Below are positions 1 to 11,406 of a stretch of 64,000 bases of DNA, one piece after another. The notes under the pieces are model-generated. The model saw only the letters and a list, made by a program, of their open reading frames with translations, ran no database searches and was not told the DNA's origin. The stretch lies in the NCBI RefSeq assembly GCF_004010195.1, contig NC_057735.1, positions 23,233,122 to 23,297,121 on the forward strand, given 5' to 3'. How positions within the stretch are numbered: position 1 is the first letter of the stretch; each line of letters opens with the position of its first letter. This DNA is from Chiloscyllium plagiosum (lineage: Eukaryota). A program made the translations under genes and the position numbers.

Positions 1-2322
1 TTCTTTTCCATCATTATTTTAAATCTAATAGAATTATGGTCACTGGCCCCAAAGTGCTCCCCCACTGGCACCTCAGTCACCTGCCCTGCCTTATTTCCCA
101 AGAGTAGGTCAAGTTTTGCACCTTCTCTAGTAGGTACACCCACATTGTGAATCAGAAAATTTTCTTGTACACACTTAACAAATTCCTCTCCATCTAAACC
201 CTTAACACTGTGGCAGTCCCAGTCGATGTTTGGAAAATTAAAATCCCCTGCCATAACCACCCTATTATTCTTACAGATAGCTGAGATCTCCTTATAAGTT
301 TGTTTCTCAATTTCACTCTGACTATTAGGGGGTCTATAATACAATCCCAATAAGGTGATCATCCCTTTCTTATTTCTCAGTTCCACCCAAATAACTTCCC
401 TGGATGTATTTCTGGGAATACCCTCCCTCAGCACAGCTGTAATGCTATCCCTTATCAAAAATGCCACTCCCCCTCCTGTCTTGCCTCCCTTTTTATCCTT
501 CCTGTAGCATTTGTGTCCTGGAACATTGAACCGCCAGTCCTGCCCATCCCTGAGCCATGTTTCTGTAATTGCTATGATATCCCAGTCCCATGTTCCTAAC
601 CATGCCCTGAGTTCATCTGCCTTTCCTGTTAGGCCCCTTGCATTGAAATAAATGCAGTTTAATTTATTGGTCCTACCTTGTCCCTGCCTGCCCTGACTGT
701 TTGACTCGCTTCTGTTCTCAACTGTACCAGTCTCAGATTGATCTCTTTCCTTACTATCTCCCTGGGTCCCAACCCCCGGCTTACTAGTTTAAATCCTCCT
801 AAGCAGCTCTAGCAAATCTCCCTGCCAATATATTAGTCCCCTTCCAATTTAGGTGCAATCCGCCCTTCTTGTACAGGTCACTTCTACCCCAAAAAAGATT
901 CCAATGATCCAAAAATGTGAATCATTCCCCCATATACACCAGCTCCTCAGCCATGCATTCATCTGCTCTATCCTCCTAGTCCTGCCCTCACTAGCTCATA
1001 GCACCAGGAGTAATCCAGATGTTACTACTCTCGAGGACCTCCTTTTTAAATTCCTGCCTAACTTTCTGTAATCTCCCTTTAGAATCTCAACCTTTTCCCT
1101 TCCTATGCCATTGGTTCCAATGTGGACAATGACTTCTTGCTGCCCCTCTCCCCCGTGAGAACGTTCTGCGCCCTCTCTGAGACATCCTTGATCCTGTCGC
1201 CAGGGAAGCAACACACCATTCTGATTTTTTGCTGCTGGCCACAGAAATGTCTGTTTGTACCTCGGACTAGAGAATCCCCTAACACAATGGATCTCTTGGA
1301 ACTCGATTTACCCCTCGTTGCATTAGAACCAGTCTCAATACCAGAAACTTGGCTGTTCGTGTTACATTCCCCTGAGAATCCATCACCCCCTACATTTTCC
1401 AAAACAGCATACTTGTTTGAAATGTGTGTAGCCACAGAACACTCCTGCAGTAGCTGCCTGCCTCTCTTACCTTTCCGGGAGTTAACCCATCTATGTGACT
1501 GTATCTGAGACTTTCCCCCCTTCTTATAATTGCCATCCATCACATACTGTAATTGTTGCAAATTCCTCATTGCTTCTAATTGTCTCTCCAATTATCCATT
1601 CGATCTGATAAGATTCGCAAGCAAAGCAATTATTGCAGATATAATGTGCAGTAACCCTTAAACTCTCTTTAAACTCCCACATCTGACAAGAAGCACATAT
1701 CACTGTACTAAAGGCCATTTTTGCTCCTTCACAATCAGCAGACCCAGAAAATAACGCCATCTTATTCCTCTACAAAACACTGCCTCAAGTTAAATTAATA
1801 ATTATGGCTTATATTTTAAGTTTAATCAAGAGACATATCTCAAAAAACATATAATCAAGAAAGAACCCACTCTACTCACTACTGCAGACTTTCTGGAGAC
1901 CACACTTAAAACACATTTATCTGATTCTGCGCTGTGAACTTCACCCAAACAGTTCCTCCAAGATCAGTTGTAAATTTCACTGTTTGTTAATTTTCCCAGA
2001 CTTGCTCCGATGTCCAGCGATACATGAATTCAAACAGCAAAGGCAGTATTGTGTAGGTACACTGCTGTGTCAGTTTCTTTCTCTTTCTCTCCTGCACTGA
2101 CCTCACCATGTGCTTCCTTTGTCTTTTCTTCTCCCTTTTAAAACTGCTGCTGTTTTGACTTTTTTTTCCAAAGTTCCAAAACAATGCAACAACATATAAA
2201 ACAGTAATTGCTGCTCCTGGAATTCGAGGAAATCACCTCTAGCACCTAAAATACCTCAAAAAAGGAGCAGCTGTTACAGCCAGACATTTTTCCTGTCCTC
2301 CATCTTGGATTACCCAGAATCC
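1..2322 (-). mobile_element. CR1-clade LINE, 5' half (5'UTR, ORF1, start of ORF2 endonuclease); continues beyond window start
   Basis: Minus strand: ORF1 pieces (below), then the APE-endonuclease N-terminus LNCIYFNARG at ~630-665. Positions 1-665 are visibly near-identical to 42960-43621 of another CR1 copy. The putative 5' end is at ~2322. Confidence 0.9.
784..1760 (-). pseudogene. CR1 ORF1p: N-terminal Cys Zn-finger, coiled coil and SGNH/GDSL esterase domain, frameshifted
   Basis: ORF track 1524-1760 has CASCQMWE...CNNC; 1103-1591 has IVLGDSLVRG and CFPGD; 996-1214 has HIGTN; the downstream frame reads KKGGLHLN. These match SGNH blocks I, II, III and V, split by frameshifts and stops. Confidence 0.85.
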
Positions 2323-2517
2323 TTCTGTTGGGGATTAGAGTTATTATGAGAAAAATAAATGGGAAAGTTCAAGCGTTTCAGCATAAAAAGGAGGCAAAAA
2401 CAGAATTTGCTGGAGAATTAGTAAAAGAAGAATTATTTTATTGTAAAATAAAAGGGAGCATGGTGGAGGTGATCTTATAAAGCAAGTAGTAACAAATGGC
2501 AGAGGAAAGTTTAAGAT

Positions 2518-2794
2518 GAGATTAGATTAGATTACTTACAGTGTGGAAACAGGCCCTTCGGCCCAACAAGTCCACACCGACCCGCCGAAGAGCAACTCAC
2601 CCAGACCCATTCCCCTACATTGACCCCTTCACATCTTTGGACTGTGGGAGGAAACCGGAGCACCCGGAGGAAACCCACGCAGACACGGGGAGAATGTGCA
2701 AACTCCACACAGACAGTTGCCTGAGGCGGGAATTGAACCCAGGGCTCTGGCGCTGTAAGGCAGCAGTGCTAACCACTGTGCCACCGTGCTGCCC
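2518..2794 (-). mobile_element. HE1-type V-SINE (tRNA-derived), internally deleted
   Basis: Reverse complement of the 44388-44745 copy: GGGCAGCACGGTGGCACAGTGG head, V-domain, CR1-like tail and (AATCT)n. Confidence 0.9.
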
Positions 2795-2877
2795 ACCAAT
2801 CTGAAGTACTGCTCTGAATAAGATGAAGGAATGTTCCTCACGTGATCAATATTTAACAATTTATTTTGTGTATACAT

Positions 2878-3440
2878 GCTGGCTGGGCTAGCATTTAATG
2901 CTTGTTCCTGTTTGCCTTTGAGAAGGTGGTGATGAGCTGCCTTCTTGAACCACTGCAGAACATATGCTGTATGTAGACTCACAACACACTTAGGGAAGGA
3001 ATTCCAGGATTTTGACTCAAAGGCATTGAGGGATTGGTGATATGTTCCCAAGTCAGATGGTGAGTGGTTTGCAGGTGAATTTGCAGGTGATCATGTTCCA
3101 TTTATCTGCTCCCCTTGTCTTTTGAGATGGAAGTGATCGTGATTTTGGAAGATAGGCCTTTGGTGAATTTCTGCAGTGCATCTTGTTGATAGTGCACACT
3201 GCCAAACAATCAGGTGCTTTGTCCTAGATAGTGTTCCACCTTTTTGAATGTTGGTGGAGCTACCTTCATTCAGGCAAGTAAGGAATATTCAAGCAGACCT
3301 CTGACTTGTGCCTTGTGGATGGCTCTGGAAGTCAGAAGGCAAGTTATTTGCTATAGAATTTCTAGCATCTGATCTGTGTTTGTCGCCACTGTGTTTACAA
3401 CGCCAGTCCTGTTCAATTTCTGGTCAATGGTAATATTTAT
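2878..3440 (-). mobile_element. Old CR1/L2-group LINE 3' fragment (second LINE family)
   Basis: Reverse complement resembles the 3' ends at 7560-7670, 13330-13450 and 24460-24560. Confidence 0.6.
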
Positions 3441-4181
3441 GATGGATTTCAAAATGGAGCTTAGGGCATGAAACTCTGGAATTATTTAAAGATGCAGTAA
3501 CGGTGGTCAATAAGATCATGTAGAATGGATGAATTATGACAAACCATACAGCCTTTCTAACCCATAAGATCTTGTGATTCTGTGATCTTAATTATATTAA
3601 TTATCATCAAAATATTTTTCAAAATAGAATTTTAGCTTGTTCATTTTATAAATATTCTTTTCAATCAATTAGAAATGCAATCATGCATGACAATTTAGGA
3701 TATGAATGAATGCTAAATACACTGGCAATTGAATTATAACTAATCAATCTGTCACAGGCCAGAGTTGATTCATTTATGGCAGATATACATGCAAACTTCT
3801 GATGAAGAATTTGTGTAAATGAGTGGGAGTTATTAGTTACACTTTACAACATGTATAAATTCAGAAAATAATTAATTTTAATTAGGGTTGTCCCATCGCA
3901 AGTTCACATGGTACTTAATCATTGTGTCCTTCTGCATAGGGTTCATTGTGTCTGGAAAATTCACCATTCTGGTAATTACAATTAGCATTACATTTATTTC
4001 AATGGTATTAGATGGTGAGCATATAATAACATTATATATCAATGGCCTAATTGCAGCATTGGAAATTATTGCCAATGAATATATTTTAAAACTTTCGTAA
4101 TTTAATTAAATAGTGGACCATTGTCAGTTCCTAGGTGTCAACAAAATTGCTCACATTGTGCTATACAATATAACTGGATTG

Positions 4182-4427
4182 AAAAATGTGTCGCTGGAAA
4201 AGCTCAGCAGGTCAGGCAGCATCCAAGGAGCAGGAGAATCGATGTTTCGGGCATAAGCCCTCCTTCAGCTTATGCCCGAAACATCGATTCTCCTGCTCCT
4301 CTGAAGAAGGGCTTATGCCCGAAACATCGATTCTCCTGCTCCTTGGATGCTGCCTGACATGCTGCACTTTTTCAGCAACACATTTTTCAGCTCTGATCTC
4401 CAGCATCTGCAGTCCTCACTTTCTCCT
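4182..4427. mobile_element. Non-autonomous Penelope-derived cassette: inverted pLTRs with hammerhead motifs and a 15-bp TSD
   Basis: ~4181-4260 is the reverse complement of ~4309-4388. TSD AATATAACTGGATTG at 4167-4181 and 4428-4442. The sequence matches the pLTR of the Penelope element at 41293. Confidence 0.88.
4301..4328 (+). ncRNA. Minimal hammerhead ribozyme motif (Penelope type)
   Basis: CTGAAGA-A-GGGC-TTAT-GCCC-GAAA-CATC: conserved core, perfect stem II, NUH triplet. An antisense variant with core CTGAAGG lies at 4241-4268. Confidence 0.75.
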
Positions 4428-5136
4428 AATATAACTGGATTGTCAATATTTAAATAAATAATTGAATAATGGTTTAATGAGACATTATTTTGCAACACCT
4501 ATATAAAATATTTGTGTTTATTTTTGTCACAGAAAAATATGTAAATATATGGAAATAAATAGACAATATAAGTTCGCACTGTTACGAATACACCAAAAAT
4601 TGTATGACCAACAACTTGTGATAAAGACAGATTTAAATATAAACATGTTGGTTCAGCAGTGCAAGTAACTCTTATGTTTAGAATCTGAGGTCATTTGGAT
4701 TGATGGTGAATTTCTTTCAATACAGTAACTCACAGCATTTTGTGATACATTTTTCAATGTGGACACAAGATGGCACTAGTGATCCATTGTACAGAAACGG
4801 TTGAGGATATTTGCAGCATTAAAGATCAGCTACTTTGACTGCTTCTGGAATTCTTTCTCTAGAAGTCCATGGACCATAACTTGTGAAGACTTGGGGGGTG
4901 AAACTCAATATTGGTGGAGCAGAACATGTACAGTAAGTGAAATGGATGACCTTTATATACTCTATCCACTGAAGGTGAGTGCGATGTCAAATGAACGGCT
5001 GCCATATTGTTGTACATTTGTTCCTACACTACTAAAATATGTGCTCAGGACTGTTAGACATTGTTGTAAAGGCATAGATGATCTAAACAGTCTAAAATAC
5101 ATATTTTAAAGATAATTGTGGAATTCCCACACCTCT

Positions 5137-5524
5137 TATGGGCTTATGCCCGAAACGTCGATTCTCCTGTTCCTTGGATGCTGCCTGACCTGCTGTGCTT
5201 TTCCAGCAACACATTTTCAGCTCTGATCTCCAGAATCTGCAGTCCTCATTTTCTCCTCTAAGATTTTAACCTACTGCGAATCCTCTTACAAGGATTCCAG
5301 TGAGTCCCTCTCTCACTGCACACCCCAGGTCATCTCCTCTGCACAGAAGCTCTTCAGCCACATTCTCAAACAGACTCGCTACCACAGCCACATCTCCTTC
5401 CTCAGCACCTGCCTACGGAACCGACTGATCCCGCACAGAAGGGCTTATGCCCGAAACGTCGAGTCTCCTGTTCCTTGGATGCTGCCTGATCTGCTGCGCT
5501 TTTCCAGCAACACATTTTCAGCTC
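5137..5524 (+). mobile_element. Penelope-derived cassette: two tandem partial pLTRs around the start of the PLE ORF, 14-bp TSD
   Basis: Direct repeats at ~5140-5224 and ~5441-5524 (GGGCTTATGCCCGAAACGTCG...). The middle reads RYHSHISFLSTCLRNRLIP, which resembles a PLE ORF N-terminus. TSD ATTCCCACACCTCT at 5123-5136 and 5525-5538. Confidence 0.85.
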
Positions 5525-6299
5525 ATTCCCACACCTCTACCTATTTTGGAGATCATATATAATTTCTTTACTTTGCTTCCAGATAGTTTACCCCCTGCTT
5601 TTCCAGAAGGAAAATCAACTAAAATCTGTGAAGAATACATGCTCATTTGGCTTGTCCTGTATACCTTAAAATCGAACTCCAGTAGGACCAGTACTTTTAC
5701 TCTAAGTATTACTAGTAATTTCTCACGGGATTGTGCCATTTGATTTGGGTGACCATTTTTCTCTTGCCCATTTCTAATGGATTAACCATCTGCTCCTTGT
5801 TAAAGCTGAGATGCTTGACTTTAAGAAACACAGCACCCAACCATGTTTACTCTTAAGACCAAATTTATAATAGAACAGTCAATGACCCTTTTCATCAATG
5901 TGCTGATGATCATGAGTAGATCAAGTTGGATTTGTTTTGGTTTTTGTGACCAGGTCATTACATAAAATATTCCTCCGTCCAATTTTCAAAGTAGCAATGT
6001 CTTCAGAGACTATGCTACATGTGGAAAACTAACTACATCCACAACTATTACTGTCATATAGCACTACCAGTGACAGCTATAGTCAGAGCTGCATTGACCT
6101 TCTAAGCTACAAGGCCATTGCTGGTTACCAGGGCAACAAACTATGAGACATGAGATACATAACTATGAGACCTGAGACCTGAGGCTCAGGTTAAAAATGT
6201 TGATTTATCTTTCTGGGTTGTCATTGCAAGGATCAAGTGAGCTGTGCTGTACAGTATTGGAGACTGCAAAGACTATGGGCAACATGCTGACATCAGTAG

Positions 6300-7670
6300 C
6301 AAAGACTTTCATTCCAGAACTAGCTGCATCTTTAACCAAGCTGTTCCAATAGAGCTACAACATTTGCATCTACCTGGCAAAATGGAAAATTATCCAAGTT
6401 ATGTCCTATTCATGAAAAGCAAAACAAATCCAAACTGATCTACTTGCAATCATCAGCACAATGATGGCAGGGGTCATTGACAGTTCTATCAAATGACACT
6501 TACAAAGCAATAACTTGTTCACTGAAGCTCAGTTTGGTTTCCACCAAAGCCCGTCAGCTCCTGACCTCATTACTGCCTTTGTTTAAGCTGTACAAAGGCT
6601 TGAACGTGACATCAAATTGATTGAGGATGGCATCCGGAAGCCATAGCAAAAGTGGAGTCAATGGGAATCATGGGGGAAAGCTCTCTGCTGGTTGTAGTTT
6701 AAGGAAGATGTTTGTCATTGCTGGAGGTCTATCATCTCAGTTCCATGGCATATTTTGAAGTGCACCTCAGGGTAGTGTCTTTGGCCCAATCAACTTCAGC
6801 TGATTCACTGATGTTGTTCCCTCCAATATAATATTAGAAATAGGAATGTTTACTGATGACTGCATCATGTCAGTACCATTTACAATTGCTCAGATAGAGA
6901 AACAGTTCAGGTTCATATGCAACAAAATCTTGACAGCCTTCAGACCCTGGCTGCTAAGGAACATTAATGCCAAACAAGTATCTGGCAATGGTGAACTTTA
7001 CAAAAGATAATCTAATCTCCTCTCCTTAATGCTCAATTGCATCACTGAATCCCCAACTATCAACCCTTTCATGGTAACCATTGACCATATATTGTATTGG
7101 ATTAGCAATAAAAATACTTGAACTTACAAGAGCTGGTCAGAGGCTGGAAATCTGTGGCAAGTAACGTACCTCTGGACCCTCCAAAGCCTGTCCACAAGTC
7201 AGAAGTGCAATGGAATACTCACTACTTGCCTGGGTAAGTGCAGCTCCAACAAGACTCAAGAAGATTCCAGCCAGGACAAAGCAATACACGTGATCATACT
7301 CTATCCACCAATTTAAACATTCACTTTCTACATGATTGATACACAGTGGCAGGAGTTGTACTATACACCGTATTATTGGAACTCATCAAGGCTCTTTTAA
7401 GGGCACTTTGCAAACCTGCCCTGTATCATTTGGATGCATGGGAATACCATTGCCTGCAAGTTCTCATCCAAAACGGGCAGCAAGCTGGCTTGGGACTGTA
7501 TTGCAGTTTCCTCACTATAGTGGGATCAAAATTCTGATTGTCACTCCCAAACAGCATTTGCGGGATACTTCCACCAGTGGGTTGCAGTAGGTAAGAAACA
7601 TAGATCATCACCACCTTCTCAAGGGCAATTAGGGTTCAGAAACAATGCTGACCTAACAAGTATTGCCTAC
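6300..7670 (+). mobile_element. Old CR1/L2-group LINE, decayed RT and 3' end
   Basis: Degenerate RT motifs: QFGF at ~6530, PQGSVFGP at ~6765 and FTDD at ~6850. The 3' tail CACCACCTTCTCAAGGGCAATTAGGG is present. Confidence 0.7.
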
Positions 7671-8479
7671 ATTCAATCATAGTATTAAAAGTATGAGTAA
7701 AATAAAATTACAATCAATTGCAATCACTTTATATGTAGTTATTACATTTGTTCCTCCAGTATTATCTTTGATTCCATTATTTTTAAACATCGACTTTGGT
7801 AAAATGCAGCAATTGATATTTCAGGGTTTGGCTTTTGCTAAATTTATGAACACTAAAGAATGCATCATGTTAACTCTATTGATTTTAATATTCACTTCAG
7901 AGAAAAACATGAGAATTTAATAGCCCTCTGTAGCTTCTCATAAACATCTCACATGCTGTGATACTGGCAAATTGTCAAAAATTTGACGGAACAAATATTC
8001 TTAGCTGTCATTAAACATCACCAGGAGTTACCCTTACATTTATTTGTTAATTTTAACAAATAATAGTACAACAGTGGTAAACATTAGATTATTGATTTGT
8101 ACTGAACACTGCCCAGAGTATTTCTACAATTCCAAAATTTGATTGTCAAAAATTAGCAATAAACCCAGTAAAAAGATGTTTTGAGCTTGTTAAAACATGA
8201 TTAAACTCATTAATGTAAAATAGGTTCACCATTCTCCAGTTACACAGTCATCCAAAAGTGAGTAACAAGCTCCTTTTCAGAGCTGGGGTTGATGAGCTGA
8301 AGGCCTGACAATATCAGTACAAAGTAACAAAGGTAAATAACAAAAAGCAAAGTCTTTTTACTTGTTACCTAGTGAGAATCTCAGGAACAGTGAGCTGAAT
8401 GCTTTATGGAGTTAGTGGCTGTGAAGGTCAGACTGCATTTACTTCACTGCCATAGGGACACCTCACTCAGATGTCAGCC

Positions 8480-8521
8480 ACTTTGGTGACTCCATTTAGA
8501 CTTTGGTGACTCCATTTAGAC
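8480..8521. repeat. Perfect 20-bp tandem duplication
   Basis: ACTTTGGTGACTCCATTTAG x2 (+AC). Confidence 0.95.
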
Positions 8522-9099
8522 AACTGATGCTTACTTAATGCACAATAAAAGAATGGCAGATTGTACTGCAATAGAAGTGAATTGTTTTGTTTTGAATTGT
8601 GTTTAATTTAACTGTTGTGCAAATTGAATTTCTATGCATTGGTTGTTGCAATGTCTTCTTAATACTTGGTCCAATTTTAAAGTTAAGCTGGATATATAAG
8701 TGAGTAAGCAAGGAGAAGCTGCAAGGAAAGTGCAAAAATAAATCAACTTGTTTTAACAGTTTTTTTTTGTTTGGTGGGTGGTAGAGTTGAGGTCCTTTAT
8801 TGAAACTTCGGAAAGCTCATTGCTATTAGTGCAGGGCCACATGATGCTAGCAAACTGATCTGAAATTAATTCAAACTGGCTGCTTCTACTCTACTCCAGA
8901 CATGCTATTGCTGGAGGGCAACTCCTGAGATCACTCACTGATTTGTCTGAATACAGAACAGTGGTCATATACATGCTTTTGGCGTCCCTGCCTCATAGTT
9001 TTCTCTAACCATTCTCAAAGTGAACTGAAGATGGCTGTAACTACATTTATGGATTTTGGGCCACAAAACCTCAGAAGCAATAGAGTCTTAATTAGCAGA

Positions 9100-9300
9100 A
9101 TAAAGAAAGAACTTGCCTTTTATTGTGTTTTTTACATCCTTAACTTGGCTCAAAGCCATTTGCAGCCAGTGAATTACTTTTGAAGTGCAGTTACTATTGC
9201 TCAGCAACAGACCAGCAAATTTCTCACAGAAATGTACCACAAACAGCAGTAAGGAAATGGGTGAAATCTTCTGCACTATGTCCCTGGCAGGACAACAGGA
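9100..9300 (-). mobile_element. Decayed DeuSINE-like (SacSINE1/AmnSINE1-type) 3' portion
   Basis: AAGAAAGAACTTGC...CAAAGCCATTTGCAGCCAGTGAATTACTTTTGAAGTGCAGT resembles the reverse complement of the L2-derived DeuSINE tail (recalled, not aligned). Confidence 0.55.
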
Positions 9301-9509
9301 ACATTTTGTGTCTGGAACCTGATTTCCTACTGAGCAGGCTTTGGCAAGGCTCTTTCCTTGACAAAGAGCATTAACATTTTGTAGTCCTCCCGATTATTTA
9401 GGAAGGTTGGAAGCACTATACATCCATTCTGTAGCAAAAAAGAGTGACTAATTAAAGGAACCACAGCATGTGTGCAGCACATGAACTAAAGGCAGCAGAA
9501 ACCACAGGA

Positions 9510-9720
9510 ATGGAAGGGAGACCAAGCAAGGGTACTCCACAAATCACATATTCTTACTTGGAGACCTTGTTGTGGAATGTGAAGGACTGTAATGAGGTGA
9601 TAGCTCCAAATGACAGAAGGGGACAACCGATCAGAGTATCCAGTGGCAAAGGAAGTGAGCAGCTGACAAGTGGTTCCTTGGACGCAGCATCACTGAGGAT
9701 CTAAAACTCCAGGAGAGTAG
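9510..9720 (+). pseudogene. Decayed Myb/SANT-like domain (PIF/Harbinger accessory-protein type)
   Basis: TPQITYSYLETLLWNVKDCNEVIAPNDRRGQP, then after a frameshift VAKEVSS*QVVPWTQ. This follows the NAIF1/MSANTD-like pattern. Confidence 0.45.
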
Positions 9721-11269
9721 GAAAACTGAGTGACTGAGCACTTGCCAGTATTGAGTTCCACATTCTTACCAATCAATCTCTTGAACAGCATACCTCTGGC
9801 AAACACACCTTGCCAATCCATTCAGTCCTCTCTCTGCAGGCAGTTTACACTCCCAGCTAAACCACCAAAACTCATGCCACCCACCATTACAGTTGGACCT
9901 CAGTGTTCTCACTCCCCTTTGCCTTGTGGAGAGGCTTTTGTTTTTAAGGAGGAAGCAGCTCATGCTGCTGCTGCTGCTGCTGGAGCAATGCTGACATTAC
10001 TGTGGCTTCTGTTGTTGCCACTCATCAGCAGTGAAAGTTGGAACTGCAGACGTTGCTCCTTTGCCACATTAGAGGCTGGCAGTTGTGAATTGCAGCTTAA
10101 GATGAGTGGGGTGCCTTCCAACAAGTTGACTATCACCCGTCACATAATGAAAAAAAACTCTTTGAGAGAAGAACTGTCCTCAATAACAGCTTCTCAACTA
10201 GCCATGGTGGAGCTCTGGGATGTATGTATGAAGAAGGCACACGTGTAGACTATTCAGCCAACTCATCAGAGACTTCAGAGTTTCTCAGCTTCACTGAAGT
10301 AATTGTGCATTGGCTTCAGTTACTCTAACAAAGTGCAGATACAGCAATGTTGCTGTAGACTGTGAAGGAAAAAGGAATCCATGATTAAGATGCTTTTAAT
10401 TGCCTTTTTAATTTCTTCATACAGGACCCAAGGAAACTCAGGGCTAGTACTAGAGAAAACTGGGAGAAGGTGAGATGACAGGGTAGGCTGAAACTTCTTT
10501 TGTGTCCAGAAGAGCACTCTTGCACATATGAAAACAACAGTGGACAATGTTGGCTGGAAGTGGGCTTTCTTGCTGAATACACAGCTGGCCAACTTGTTCA
10601 GCTCACAATGGCTCCAAAGCAGAACAGCAACCTTTTAATTGTAGTGTGTTCAAGTGTCCTCTATGTGTCTTATACATGTTATGGACTAGATCAAACTCCT
10701 TCAAAAAATTCAGAAGGTAGTCTAGACCCTAATATTTTCTTTCTTTTAAAGGTAACTGTAAGGAGTTGCATTCCAGATGTAATTCGATTGGTTGAACTAC
10801 CAGATTTGAAGCAAAACACACTTTATTTATATACTACAATTGAAATACAACAAAAGAAAAAGAATTTGGAATAATTAACTTTATTGGAAAACTTAACAGA
10901 ATAATAGATTATTTAGGTACTAAACAGTGTTTATTCCACTATAGTGACATCCCATAATCACACCCTAGACAGAGGCAAATTTAGAAAATTGATTGTCTGG
11001 CATGGAATTCCAGCAACAGAAGGAAACATCATCATCAGGAGAAAACTCTGAGAGACAATGCAGCAGGAAGAGATGTACTACAGCTTCCAAACCCTGCTAA
11101 GCCTAAGCAACCATTGTTACTGGAAAACTAAAACTAGAAAAAATCCTGGTTCCATGGGAGCTTGGCCACCCGTTCAGGCTGCTTCTATTATTCCAACTTT
11201 AAAGAAAAACCTAAAGGACTCACAAGCTGTTTACTTTATTACCTTTGAGTAGACAGCTCGGTATCTCTG

Positions 11270-11406
11270 CAAGTCAGGCAGTATCCGTGGAGCAGAAAAA
11301 TCGACGTTTCGGGCAAAAGCCCTTCATCAGGATTCCTGCTGTGCTTTTCCAGCACCACTCTAATCTGGACTCTGATTTCCAGTATCTGCAGTCCTCACTT
11401 TTGCAT
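11270..11406. mobile_element. Short Penelope pLTR inversion cassette with a 15-bp TSD (1 mismatch)
   Basis: Antisense pLTR half joined to a sense pLTR 3' half. TSD AGCTC(G/A)GTATCTCTG at 11255-11269 and 11407-11421. Confidence 0.85.
11303..11330 (-). ncRNA. Minimal hammerhead ribozyme motif with intact core
   Basis: Minus strand CTGATGA-A-GGGC-TTTT-GCCC-GAAA-CGTC: canonical CUGAUGA/GAAA, GUC triplet, palindromic ACGT stem III. Confidence 0.82.

Noticed and set aside
3888-4100. Hydrophobic 70-aa ORF resembling a membrane peptide
   Set aside because: TTG start, and the Ile/Phe richness is expected from AT-rich DNA. Better explained as non-coding.
4182-5524. Recurring ~30-bp palindromic repeats that superficially resemble CRISPR repeats or terminators
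   Set aside because: There is no regular repeat-spacer period and no cas genes, and the context is eukaryotic. The repeats are Penelope pLTR hammerhead stems.
9730-10248. 172-aa ORF with poly-Ala and a signal-peptide-like LLWLLLLPL stretch
   Set aside because: It has a non-ATG start and arises from a (GCT)n tract in a probable transposon fossil. No recognisable domain or splice structure.
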